Made by a program: the position numbers and the translations under genes. From Phoronis australis (taxonomy: Eukaryota > Animalia > Phoronida): a stretch of DNA of 64,000 bases. Of the stretch, positions 22,042-35,168 are shown piece after piece. Within the stretch, counting starts at the first letter, position 1. Every line of letters starts with the position of its first letter. The notes under the pieces are model-generated. The model was not told where the DNA came from. It saw only the letters and a program-made list of their open reading frames with translations, and ran no database searches. The stretch covers positions 1,390,077-1,454,076 of the forward strand of contig NMRA01000021.1 in NCBI GenBank assembly GCA_002633005.1. The letters are read 5' to 3'.

Positions 22042-25000
22042 TTTGGGAAGATAAACACAAGTTAACCTTTTTAGTCATTTTGTAATGTACCAAGTTAAAA
22101 CTACTCTCCAGAGTTACAGGCTATAACTCTACAAATGTCAGAGAAAACCAAATTCGGGGTACTAACAACAACCATTGTTGAGACAGTAATGCTAGCAATT
22201 ACCTTTCCACTTCATTTGCTCAGGTCTACTTCAATACACAGGGCGTGCTGAATAGGCATCATAAAAGCTGTCTAGGGCTTTGGGAATCAGAGCCCTCACC
22301 AGTGTAAGCAAGAAATTCTCCACATGTTGGCCATGTGAGTGCATCCTAATTCAGTGTTTGCTGACAGAAAGCTGTTGTGAAACAATATCTTGATGGTATA
22401 TCCTATGGTCAGATGTTAGTAGAATCTTAGTTTATTTAGGTATTCATATACATTATTCGAATCATTTTTACTGTGCAACCTTTGCCCTGACAGTTTTGTT
22501 GTGGAAGGGTAACCTGACTTCGCAGCCCCCAACGAGCTAGTAAGTAGATTTGCAGTTTTGCGTCTAATTCACCAAAATAATCACGTGCACATTATTTCTT
22601 TGGGTCACTAGTATAGTCTTTTCGTGACTGGAAGTTTAGTTTCTAACTTTGGCTGGTTCACGTTCGTGATGTCTTCAGGCCAGCCAAGACGAGTCTGATT
22701 GGGTTCCGAGCCACTGGCTGTGATAACAAGCGTTCCAACATATAGCTATGTTCCCCTGTCTGTATAATTCAAATTTATCACTGAACAGGGGCCAAACCCC
22801 CCGCGACCGACCTTGGTAAAATGACCTACCGAACTTAGTAGACTACGGAACGTTCCAATTCCTATAAATCCGTAACAGCGAAATTAAACAACACTTGTTC
22901 AATAACTTGAAGTATTTGTAAGGGTTTTACATCGACGTTTTGTTGATTTTTGGTGTGAAACGATGAATTCAGCCAATAAGTTGACACCAGCAAGCGTGTT
23001 GTGAACTGCTGAACAGACTGCGTTTGAACCTCTGACGTCATTGGCTAATTTCAACTCCTCCGTCTGCCGTCTTGTGTCTGGTAAATGAACTGTACTTGCT
23101 GTTAACGAGAGGAACTACTCAATCTAAATTGGATACAAAATAGGTTGGGCGGCATTCTCCTTTATGAAGGATTTCAGGTAATTTATTGAGTCGAAACTGT
23201 ATTTTACTCAAGAATTCAAGTTGCCCTATTGAAGATCGCGAGGCAGCGACGCATTAGTCGGCAAGTTTTCGCCATGGGATTTCAGCACATTTTAAAAAAA
23301 AAAGATTGTAATTTAACAGCAAAGTTTGATAGCAATGCACCACAGTTTTCTAGGTAGTCTGTCATAGGATACAGATATGTCACAGCTCGTAAATTTGACT
23401 TCACGCATTGTCGGAGACCGGGTTTCAACCGCCTTAGGCTACAACAAGCGCCCCCTTCCGAAATGAATTTTTCTAAGCACCCTGGGCGAATACGGTAGCC
23501 TTAATAGATGGTGATATCAACGCACAAAACAATGATTTTTATTATCTTCTCAGCCTGCTATGACTACACACGTTGCTCTTCTATGAATCATGCTAAAACT
23601 TGAATCATGACCTGGTAGAAGATATTGTGTATTCTTTTGGCTATCCCTTCCTACTCTTTTCAATTAGTCACCAGAGGACTAGTTCACCCTGTTTTTGTTT
23701 TTGCTGTGGTCTTGAAAAGTGTGTGACTGTCTAGACCTGAACATTCTTTCACCATTTCCCTATAACTAGAATAATAAACTTGAGGCAAAGTGCATTATTG
23801 TGGATTCCGAGTTAAAGCGTAGATTTCATTTTCATGATGATTTTAAGAATTGGTGTGGGATATGACTTATTTTGTTGTTGCCATTATTATTCGCCCATTT
23901 TTCTGTTAATTTCAGTATCTGTGAAGAAGTCCAGTGATGACACGAACCTTTCCACAGAGAAGACTCTAACTTACTAGAAGATGTAAATACATGAATATCT
24001 TCAACGGCTAAGCTCTACCCCATTATCGGAGATGGATGGTTATATTAAAGAGGCATGGAATGCAAAAGCTTGTCAAAAATACCTTTTAAACAATACCTGA
24101 CGAAAGTACCATCCCGCAACGTCTAGTACAGAGTAATTCACTCCCCTATGAGGAAATTTCCAGAAAAAAATCACAAAATTCACTATGTTTGAAATACGTG
24201 TGAAAGAAAAACTTTGTGGTTACCACAGAATTTCTAATCTCCCTTCCACTTATGAAAAATGCACGCATGTGCTCAAAGTCACTTGAGGTCACATTTTCCA
24301 TATAAAGGAAATATGCTATATGTCTATGTCTTGCCATACTAAATAACCAAATTTGCTTTACGTAAAATTGACAAAGTGGCATGCAGTTGACTGATCATTT
24401 TTTTTGAAATTTGAAACTAAATGAAAACGCTTCGTTATCAACATAAATTAAAAGTCGTAATGAACAAACCCTAATAATAGCTGGTGAGCAGGTGGAATTC
24501 TGTTTCAGTGACAGAGAACCACTTTTAATATTGTAATTTAGTCTGTTTATTGCGTTCTAGGCCTCTTTAACTTGATGGTTTATTTGACTGCAGAAGTCCT
24601 TATGCATTTCTCTCAAAAAACATTTGGCAGATCACCCTGGACCACTTTTCACTTCGCTAATTTTGAAATTTGTTGACATTTTTTTGGTTTGCAGAAATTG
24701 GATTTTAGTGTGGTATAGACAACTGTTCATTTTTCTGTGCATCGCCTTTTTTCCAAATTGCACATTTGTTTGCCTGAAAGTATTTAATGACACTGAAATG
24801 AGCAGACTACTAAGACAAATCTTGCTGTAAATGGCATATGTCTTCTCTGTGATATCATTGAAGAGTGTTGGCTGGAATTTTTATCTTGATTTTGTTTACT
24901 TTGATATCTTTTGATGTCAGTGAATAAATGCAGAGTGTTTTCATCTTGACTGTGTGAAACAAAAATGTTTGATGCTTTTATAAAGTTTCTCGGATAGTAG

Positions 25001-25210
25001 TTATTGTGATAATAATATTTTAGTGTGTTCTGTTCATAGACTGGAATCGTATGAAACTGATGTTTGCAAGGCAACCTAATAAATAGCTGTTAAATATGAA
25101 TCGTTTTTCATTTCTCCAATTATATACAGCACAGGTCACAGATTTTTTATATGACCAGTTGGAAGCGGAAAACATGTTGATCATAGTCTCTTGATGAAAT
25201 TTATCAATGT

Positions 25211-25327
25211 AGCAAAATCATTTACTGAGAGACTAAAATTGACAGATTTTAGCTGATTTTTTGTCAGACCAGGCCAGAACGTCAGTTACCATCCATCAAT
25301 TTTAATTTCTCAGTAAATGATTTCGCT
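25211..25327. repeat. Short inverted repeat (hairpin/MITE)
   Basis: agcaaaatcatttactgagagactaaaattga pairs with tcaattttaatttctcagtaaatgatttcgct. Confidence 0.7.
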
Positions 25328-28300
25328 ATATTTACTAGTTGGAAACCGCTCATTGACTGGTCTGCAGACCGCATTTTCGACTGCTGTGATGTCATAACTG
25401 CAGATTGTTAGTGTAGAGCCAGTTTTAACATGGCCGATTGTTGTTGTTGTTTTTTAAGACTATAGCCACAAGAGTATATTTTCTTTAAAAGTACGAATCA
25501 GTCTTCATATGCACCATACATTGGTCGCTTCACGTGACCCAAAGTTTAGTCTGAAAAGATCTCTGCCCCTACCAGGGTTCGAATCGAAACTTTTTGCTGA
25601 ATGTGCATAAGGCTCGGTAATTGACTGGTGGTACTGATAGCTCAGTGCAATGTTACCCAACCTTCACAAAATTAAGGCAGTCTTTGTGCTCATTTCCCAC
25701 AAACGTATATCCAAACAAGACAAAATTTGTTGAGGCAAATCTTTTTGCTTGTATGTGTAATGATGCAAATTTGAAGAGCACTAAGTTACATTTTATCATG
25801 TTTTTAAATGTTTAGCTCAATATGTTAAATGGAGTCCATTATTAGTACAGCCACAGGAGTACAAACAGCACCAGTCTGATAAGAAAAGGTCGTTAACATA
25901 TAAATGTATAATGTAACTGCCGACTGGAGATGTACCTTTAATTGTGTTGTCATAGGTTAGCAACCAGATTTCTGACCCAAGTGCCAACCCCCTTGACGAC
26001 CACGCTAACTACTCCTAGCAAACCATTGTTTGTTTGATAAACGATTGGTCACCGACTCATTGATGAATGGTCCTTTGGAAATAAGTGAACTGTTCTGTAA
26101 TGGCTTTTATGAATTCAATATTTTAGCTGTTTGCTGCTCTACACTCAGTAAATACATATTCATATTCAGGGCCCATATAAGGTTGTCTTATTTTTGGAGC
26201 TATGTGATACACGGGCTGACTCACTTTCAGTAGAGTACTTTTCATATTGGCGCTCTCTAGAATAATGAGGGCACAAAAATGACTTCCGATTGATCACTAC
26301 TCAGATTTGTTGGACAGAAATTCAGTTACAAACAGTGCTTCATGAATGTAAAAGTAGGGGAAACCACTGCTCCTGAAAAGGATGTACTGTAACGATAATT
26401 GCAGAAAATTTTGTGATGTTAAACCCCCAAATTATGAGATGTGTCATTCATAGTCCATTATAGTGAGTACCAGCAGATATCAACTTTTGAGACAGGGAAT
26501 ACTCCCAATTTAAACAGTTCAACTACCAATAATTCCAAATTTAAATTTGGAATTTCAGGTCAGAATCAAGAATCCAGACCAAAACATTTCTTAAAGGCCC
26601 ATAAGGTGCTATTTTCAAATTTTCACTAGGTTCTTGGTTGAAGATTGTTTCTTTTATCTTTTTGCTTTGCATTGTTTTTTGCAACGACAAAACTCAAAAT
26701 TGACAGGAATTACAATTCCATGGTCAAGTTTGAAAGTTCATTGTGGGGTTTGTATGTAAAGCCTTGCCATCACTACATTGAACTGCTGCCAAATATACAA
26801 ATTGTCTGAATTTTCTGAACAAATTTCTAATCTCCTGTGACTGCAAACTTGTTTCGATTTTCAAACTCGACACGATTGTGCTGAACTTGTCTCCTGGAAA
26901 ATCAAAATTTTCTGGTATATCATTGGCTCTGAAATGCTTTCAGTGCCCTATCCATAACACAACATTCAGTTTAAATCTTGTAGGTTGTCACCATTTGAGT
27001 ATATAGCTGTGCAAATATCCAAGGTGACAATTGCTCAAACGCCAGGTCGACCAAGTTTGACTTTGTGTTGAATTACACATATTGGTATCATTTTCCAGTT
27101 TAAAAATGCAAAATCTGGATCAAAATTCTCGAATCTGCAGTCGTTATGCTGAACCCTTTACATAATGAGACATTAGATTGCCAATGCCAATTTCAGAAGT
27201 GAAACCTCACTGCAAATCCTTACATTCCTGAAGCACGACTTCAAGTTCAAGATTTCTCAAGGCTGATTGCATTTTCCAACCTACTAGTTCACAATTTTGA
27301 ACTTTTCCGTAGCCACATTTATGCACCGAAATATAAGTTTTTAGCAGGTTGGATTAAAGTAAGTATTACGGTATGTTGGTATGTTGATCAACTGTTGAAC
27401 TTGAAATGACTTGTATGGCTGTACTTAAACTGAGGTATAGTGGTTCAAAAGGGGGTCTTTAGAAATGCCAATGTCCTTCTATTCATAATTACATCGGTTT
27501 TTGCCCATAGTAATGATGTCTAATGAGTAGACGAAAAGTTAAATGAACATGAACTTTTTATTTGTACGGCAATTGTCCGTTTTTTAACTTTGTATTCAAG
27601 TCTTAAATCATAAAACTTATTGCTTTGCATCCAGTTGAATAGTGCTTGTGTTCACCTGACTTTGACTGTTAATTTACGAATCATTTACCAAGTTGTGAGA
27701 CATATTTTGGTCAGCAGCCATATTTAAAACGGTGAGCAATCACATTTTAATCAAGGTCAGGTAATATGTTAGAGCAGACCTCTGAAATCTTTTTTTTGCC
27801 TGCAAAAACCTTACTTCACCTTTTCCGGAACAAAAAATTAATAATCTGCAATGCATTCTGGAATAGGCGAGCGACCTACACATATTGTGTTGGTTATTCC
27901 TAGACATCTGAAATGAAATTTATATGTGTGAAGTGTTTTTGTAATTAAAAGCTAATTATTAAAATAACATGTTTGTCTTCAGTTTATGCTATTTTTGGAG
28001 ATATAGTATAGGAATCCTTTGTAAATGCCTAAATGCAAAACACACTTCTACGTCAGCCTTAAATAATGCTTGCAAGCCTTCCTCTGTCTTCAATTGAAGT
28101 GTGCTTTATTTAAGCTAATATTTGGCTTTCACGCTTTGGAATTCTGATGAAATCGAAAGAAGAGGCGTGTTTCTGTTCTTGTCTTGGTAACTGTTATTTT
28201 CAAGCCATGACTACATGAAAAATATCAAATAGTTAATCTCGTTTAGAACAGGTCGAGTCAAAGTGAGAATGATTTACAGTGCCCAAACTTAATATTTGGT

Positions 28301-29246
28301 TGCTTTCGTATTGTTTTCTAGTCTTCTCACCAGGGTGCACCAGGCGTGCTTAAAGCATCAGATATCCCCAGGTGCAATGCGTTTGCAATCATCATGATGT
28401 TGTGAATTATTTAGATTTGGGTCATTGTCACTTTGTGAGAAAGGAAGTATTGATAGGTTGCATGCTGTAAGGAAGTGAATCAGCTGGCAAACAAGGAAGT
28501 TTTAAAAACAGCCAACTGATGTGATTTCAATATTCTCTATACGACAAAAAGTTTATTTAAAGCATTGATACAGCATGCAGTTACAGGAAGAGAATTTGTG
28601 ATATGAGATATCCTCTGTATGATATCATGTCATGTTCCGAGAAATAGGCGTGTTTGTGCATATTCTATATGAAGAGAACTTCAATTTCCCTGCCACTGCC
28701 AATTTGTAGTCTTGGTGTTGATTTCAGTCTTTAAAAACCTGTACCCAATCCTAGTGTAGAACATGCACTTTTCATGCACTGACATCTCTGTGCAATTTCA
28801 GGTGCATCAAATTACCTATTGAAGTGGGACCCATGGATGTTTGGATGGAGGTTGGGTGGAGTGTGTTGTTCCTTGTTTTACGATGTCTGCATTTGCTTAT
28901 TCCTATAGGCTATGTGGTAGTGAACACTTGGCATTGAAGTGATATCCAATCCTATAAGTTGAAAGACAATCCAAAGATTCGTGGGTCGATGCCGAAAGAC
29001 AAAGGATTTTCTGTTGTTTATGAACTTCCTGCAGATTTGCTTGGTGAAGTGAATTTAATTTAAGTAGCCATATGGGTTAATTGGTACTAAACAACAATTT
29101 GCAGTGGATATGTTTCAATTTGATTAACATTCATGCAATTGTCCCTCTAATATGGAAAAGCATAAAGTACCATGTGGATATTCATTGTATAATTTCAATA
29201 ATTGACAAAGACAAAGTAATAATTGCCAATTAGTTATATTGCTTTT

Positions 29247-29681
29247 GGGTAAGGTCACGCTAAGGGGTACAATCACAGTGATGTCAAAAACATGATAATT
29301 TATGCCCGTTTCTGTGGTTATTAAGCGGTGAACACAGTTTTATTATAAAGTTAATACGTTGAAGAGATAACAGAGATAGTTTCATGTGGTAATCTTTNTG
29401 TATGTGAACTATCTTAATTCTGTATAATTTTATTTCTGAACCACATTTATATAGTCTTACTGTATGGATTAAAATGTCAACATCACAGCCGTTATCGGCA
29501 ACACACTTCGTGAAAAACATAAATTTTCTCATATTCTTGTTATTCCAACTATGTTCTCACTTATATTAACTGAAAATATAGTAATTTAGCTACAACTAAC
29601 CACTAGTTTTTTCCTACCAGCTTGAATTTGAATTTCAAGTACTGATGTCACACTTATGTGCCCCTTAGCGTGACCATGCCC
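29247..29681. mobile_element. MITE with about 25-bp TIRs inserted in a T run
   Basis: gggtaaggtcacgctaaggggtaca / tgtgccccttagcgtgaccatgccc, with tttt on both flanks. Confidence 0.75.
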
Positions 29682-30649
29682 TTTTGTACATTCAGCAGTG
29701 TCCGTCATGCCAAGCTCTCTTAAAAATAATGGATAGTCTTCTCAAAAGGTGGCGCCAACATTTGCATTTCACTGTTTGAAAATCTGAATTGATAATGAGT
29801 CAGCTGCAGTTGAGTGAGGGAAATTGCCAATATCCTGTGGCTAAAAAAATGCCTTGAATCATCATCCACAGGATTCTGTATGGTACAACAATATGTCAAT
29901 GAATACCCTTTCGGTTTCTTCTGTTTTCGAGATTGTAATATGAACTACCTTGCTTTGACCAAATCCAAAAATGTGAATGGACTTCTTGTGTATTTGATAA
30001 CTCTGATTATCATACTTCTTTTGTGAGTGTATTTTCGAACCCTAGTTTCTACAAATATTGGGTTTCTCTAGATGAACATTACCAGCAAATGGCAATCAAA
30101 AACAAATCACAGTGTTTTTCATCAGTTTTTATGTTTTTTTTTTCTAATCAGTCTTAAATTATGACACCATTTAAGCTGTGAACACTCTGAACTACAAATA
30201 CTGATTCACAGTCCATGCCGATGTTGTTGGCACGTTATCCATTGTTAAGTTCTGTTCTGATATTGGTTTTTTGAAAGGTAAAAAATATGTCATTTTCTGT
30301 ACGTGCAACCTGCGGCTTACTGAGGGAAATTCCTGGCACACTTGAACCTTTTAAGATTGATGCAAGAATGATAGCTCGTTTTAGGGCACTGTTAAGGTAA
30401 TCTTATGATTTTTTTCTCAGAAGCTAAGTAGCACCAAATTATTGATTTGCCATGGCAAATAAACTTGCCACGAAATTTGAACACGTGGCACGTTTTACTG
30501 ATGGTAGTAAGTCCAGTCTGAGCAATTTTAATTTGCACCCCTTCCATTGACATGGCTCGTGAAGGCAACTCTTTGGTATAAATGTTAGATGCACTTTAGT
30601 TGCAAAATTTGCGACATTTCTATTCTTTTTGAAAAAATCATCTTCTTGT

Positions 30650-30872
30650 GTCCAAGTTCATGCCTCCAGCCATCTTAGCTACTGCCAGATGTACGAAATT
30701 CAATTGCAATGTTTCTATTCTAGAAAAAAGCAGCCTTGCATGTCCAATGGCATGCTTCCAGCCATTTTAGTTACGGCCAGACGTACGAACTTCAGTTGCA
30801 ATGTTTCTGTTGTTTTAGAAAAACATATCGTGGCAGGTCCAATGGCATACCTCCAGCGATCTCAGTTACGGG
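30650..30872. repeat. Tandem repeat, about 95-bp unit, just over two copies
   Basis: gccaga(t/c)gtacgaa(a/c)ttca(a/g)ttgcaatgtttct...gtccaatggcat occurs twice. Confidence 0.8.
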
Positions 30873-33800
30873 GAGACAGACAAACTTTAATAAAACGAAC
30901 GCTGCATTTTAGCAACCATTAAACTGTGTTTAGAAAAATTATGGATGAAGACCTTGTAAAATGAAAAACTGTCAGTTTCGTGGCATGTTTAACTTTATCA
31001 ACAGAAATTTGTATCGGAGCCGTGTCAGCATGAAGCCTGCTTATCTGTAATGTCAGGTGTGTTGGCTTGAATTCTCGTGTCCCAAAGTTTGGACACCCTC
31101 CCAAACTGGAGAATTTTACTGTAGTTCTACAAGACAGCCTCTACTTGGCACATAGGAATATTATTTCCCACTGCCTGTAGAGCTTAAGCAACCACCAATA
31201 AGCTTTGCATTGATTACAGTGCCAATCTACATTTTTAAGCACATGTCCAATTTCCATTGTGCAGGCTGCTTAATATTCTCGAACCACCCTTTCCTGACAG
31301 TGCTCCACTCACCCCTATCATCAATGGACTAGTCCAACAACACATGCTCCATCCCTCCATGCACTGAGCTGTGCTCTGTAGTGATGTGTGGTGTCATAAA
31401 TAATGAACTACTAATGATCTCAACAATACTATCTGATTGTGTTAATGTCTACCTGGTCACTGAAAAGGGGTCATCTCTCATCTTTGCACTAAGGAAATTG
31501 ACTCTCTCTTATTGATAGTGGCAGGACGTCACATCCATTCCTGTTGATATCTTACCTAGTCTTCTATGATACTGGAGTTAATTCAAGTCTGTCGCACACC
31601 AAGATGCTTAATCTTCTCCTATGTAAGTATATACTTCTCTTATGAAGGTGTGGGTCTCTCTCTTTTGTTGAAATTTCATCCTAACGTATTAAGTGTTTGG
31701 TTGTAAAGTGCAGATTTTCCTCACTTAAATTGTACTCTTCAGTTGTGGTGCTCTGGAAATTGTAAGGAAATTACGGAATAGGAATTTAATTTTTATGCAT
31801 TTCCATAATGTTGACAACTACTGTTTTCTCCTCAGTGTCTCAGACATTGCCTTGGCTTTCAGGAATTAATGTAATTGTACTGAGGAATGACAGGAGTGCG
31901 ATTTTGTGGGTGACTACGATTCCTGTATAATAATATAAATAGGTCTCACTTTCTAATAGCATTAGGCATCATCCTTGTCTCATATTGGGATACTGGATTG
32001 AATCCTTCATGGTGCACTGTCTCCCTTCAGCTGCAGGACAGTGATGTAACACAACTACCTGCCAGATAGGGTATCAACAGCTAGTGGTTGATTTAACTAT
32101 TTTGCCTACCTGAAGCGTATGTAACTGACTTCTAAAATAAATGCATTTGGAAAAGTGAGAATCGTAGAATTGTGCCTCCCGATGTCAATGTTAAATTTAT
32201 AGGCGTAAGGCATTACCTATGCAGAGGTCAATGTCTGTGCACTTTGTGTTAAACATCCCATTTGATTTGAAGTCTGGTGTCCTTTTCACTCTATGAACAG
32301 AACCTTTGATGGTTTAGAAGAGTGAAATCTGTTGACACTCTTGGGAATTGTGGTGCCTTCTCTTCTTGAAGTTGAGAGCATTGATAGTACAGCAAATATC
32401 AAGTCTCAACATTCATTCTGAAGGCAGTTAATGCGACTGTGTTTTGTCTACAAATGACCAATCTTTAAATGAAATGAAAATAGAAGTTAAAACACCTGTA
32501 CAGTTGCTATTCAGCAAATTCAAAACATCAGTGTTTGAAAAATGATGCTGGACAGCCGTGCAAACATTTTTATGGTGGTTGATAGAGTTACTAACTGACC
32601 CATTGAGCTGTCTGGTTATAATATGTTGCCATGTTCATATTGGAGGCTGATGTAATAGGGGTTGAAACATCAGAAGTACCACAAGCACTGTGGCTAGACA
32701 GCTTGTAACATGGTCCTCAGAGAATGGTACCATGGTAGTCTGTACTAAGTGGTTGGCTGACTCATGCAGACCCTCAGGGCAGCTGTGTTCTGTGCATTGT
32801 GAAATCTCATCAATGTAAGACAAAAATAATTGACAAAATTGATCTTTTTTGTTTTTAATGGATTTTAGCTTTGCTGTGAATGACCATAAGTGTGCCCTGT
32901 ATGATGCCAATCTTCGGAATAAAACTTTAAATCTGGTTATAAATTAATTAGGTGAAATTTGTCTTTCATGGAAATTAAATATTTCCTATCTGACATTTTG
33001 TCCTGAGCCATTGTGTCATGAAAGAACTTAGCAAAGGAATGATAACAACCTACTAAAACTCTTTCCTTTTCCACAAGTGGTGTGGTGTCTAAACTAAGTG
33101 AGCTATTGATTTGATGCCTGCTCTGTTATCTGGCTTAATGTGAGCATAAATTGATAATAAAATCCACGTGAAAGATGTCCCCAGAAAACAGGTTACATGT
33201 TTTTGATGGCAGTGTATCAAAAGCAAAACTGTAGAGAATCCTACATACATTTCAGTGTCAAGTTTGCAATAATGGACCGTAATGCCCTCTCTAATTAAAG
33301 AGATCCCTGGAATCCTGACCTTTTACATCCCTTTGTGGCCATAAAAATATAAGCGCAGCCCCTTTCACATTTTGTCCAGGTTCCCATTCACTCCCTTGCA
33401 TAACATTCAGTAGTAAGGCCCAGCTCAGCAGAGAAGAAGACACCTTTGTGCTATGCTCAATTGTTTGCCAGTATAGGTTTTGTTGCCATGATATGACAAA
33501 CTGCATAGACAAGAATCTCACTCTATCTCTAGTTGGTCCCTCATTTTTGGGTCCTCTAGTCAACATTGACCCTATCCTCTGTTTACAATGAACAAAATGA
33601 TGACATCTTCAAATTTTGAAGGAAGCAGAAATACACAAAATAATAAATTCACGAATCGAATCCCTTTAAAGAGATATCCCAGGTGTTTCCTGGGTTCTTT
33701 TGTCATGCACCTGAATATTTGCATAATTTTCGGATTGGGGCTATTGTCCCGAGTGTATCCATTATTGTAGACTTTGCTGATACAAATGTATTGTATGTAC

Positions 33801-34486
33801 ACACATTTTCTACTGTCTGGCTAGACTGCTATCTCCTCTATTCTATATATTGATTCTGCAAACGTGGCATGTGGGTGTGATCATTCAGCTTAATGTCATT
33901 TAAGTCATGTCGATTTTGTTCTATTAAATGCAGGCCATCTATACCTCATGGTACTGTGTATGTAGGAATATGAAGTTGCTGTCACAGTGGTATTTGCTTT
34001 GTTACTTCGTACCAAAATAATTTCAATGTGGTCATTTTTTTCTTTTTTCAGAACCTGCTTACTTTTTGCAAGTAATTGGAATTTCAGCAAGTGTTGTTAT
34101 ATGACATCTTCTTACTGCATTCCATTCTTGTAACAGACTAAAATGTTGTAAAAATCTACTTTTGTCGAGAAAGTTTACAAAAATGGAATTTCATAAATGT
34201 CGGCCATGTTGTATGCTAAATAAACATAGGATTACTGTATTTCGGTTATTATGTGTGATTATTAAGTGGTTATTGATCTTCTATGAAAACTAAGCGGCTT
34301 TGCAGTAACATTTTCTTAAGCCTTTCGAGCTATTTACGAGCATTTTTCATGAATGTGTACCGTATCGTATCTTCATTCACCTCTATATAATGAGGCGAAG
34401 GTACATGAATATCTCGTGTCAAGATGGTAGAAATTCAAAGGCTATGACAGATTTTGTTGAAAAGTTTAGAAAAGTGTTGATAATCA

Positions 34487-34726
34487 CATGTGCGCACCCA
34501 GCCTTTAATATGGGGTGGCTCAAATTTCTGGCAATGTGGACCTTTTGCCAACAAAAAAGCGGGAGGACTAAAAAAAAACTAAGTACCACCTTCACTGTGC
34601 GTCTGTGCTTTTCAGTTTTATCTCGTTTTCTCAGACTTTTTGTTTCTCTGAGGCGGACCTTTTTGCCCACTTCACCAAATGGGGGCTCATTTGAGCCTCC
34701 CGAGCCCCCCCCTGGGTGCGTGCATG
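34487..34726. mobile_element. hAT-like MITE with a 5-bp TSD
   Basis: TIRs catgtgcgcacccag / ctgggtgcgtgcatg; aatca on both flanks; G/C-run subterminal sequence. Confidence 0.75.
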
Positions 34727-35168
34727 AATCAATAGGGATTCATCTAGCGATTCTTGGCCATCCAGAAGGATGGCTGAAAAAGGATGTCTAAGGACACAAA
34801 ATGTCAGAGTACCTGATCTACACAATGATTTTCCAACTGAATATTACTGAGGCTTTGTTAGCTACCTTATTTGGATAATGTCCTAAACAATGATTGTGGG
34901 ATATTTACTTTACATAATTACTACAGGGGAGGAATCTGCAAACATGCTGCCATGTTTTTGTTTGAAAGTGGCCCAGATGTGACTAGTAACAATTTACTGC
35001 TGTACCTAAGTCAGAAGGTTGTGCAATTCTTCAAAAAATCTCAAATAATTTTAGGAGGTTATCTAGTCATAAATTGTGCAGTTAGCAGCTGGGAATATGA
35101 CAGGAGTTGCGATATCTTGGGGAAACTTAGGGTCTTGATAATAATCCCAGAGTGTAAAAACTTAGGTA

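Larger units (their letters stand above)
19799..23161 (+). mobile_element. Kolobok-like DNA transposon remnant with a THAP domain
   Basis: TIR aggagaatgc / gcattctcct flanked by ttaa and ttat; frameshifted THAP motifs (FFDFP, RKWF, RICGRNF..SDF, K.DVLPSVF) at about 19950-20265. Confidence 0.75.
19093..23497. mobile_element. Tc1/pogo-like family B, copy 1, with a HIRAN-like remnant (19203-19457, minus)
   Basis: Co-linear with 35169-36576; taagcgccc subterminal motifs; ends ggcgaatacggta; ORF DKYAASVLKDLVILGHVPRKISGAFAFFLK. Confidence 0.75.
18631..23545 (-). mobile_element. CAGGG-terminal hAT-like family A, copy 1, interrupted by nested elements
   Basis: 18631-19092 is the reverse complement of the right ends of the 39699 and 48699 copies; after 23498, taatagatggtgatatcaa matches the reverse complement of about 39858-39876. 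Confidence 0.75.

Noticed and set aside
23920-23955. gtgaagaagtccagtgatgacacgaac as a hammerhead, or a plus-strand coding exon after tttcag
   Set aside because: Catalytic core deviates (GUGA, no GAAA), and the best reading frame stops within about 20 codons with no convincing donor.
28140-28185. ctgatgaaatcgaaag as a minimal hammerhead ribozyme core
   Set aside because: No helix I pairing around a plausible NUH cleavage site.
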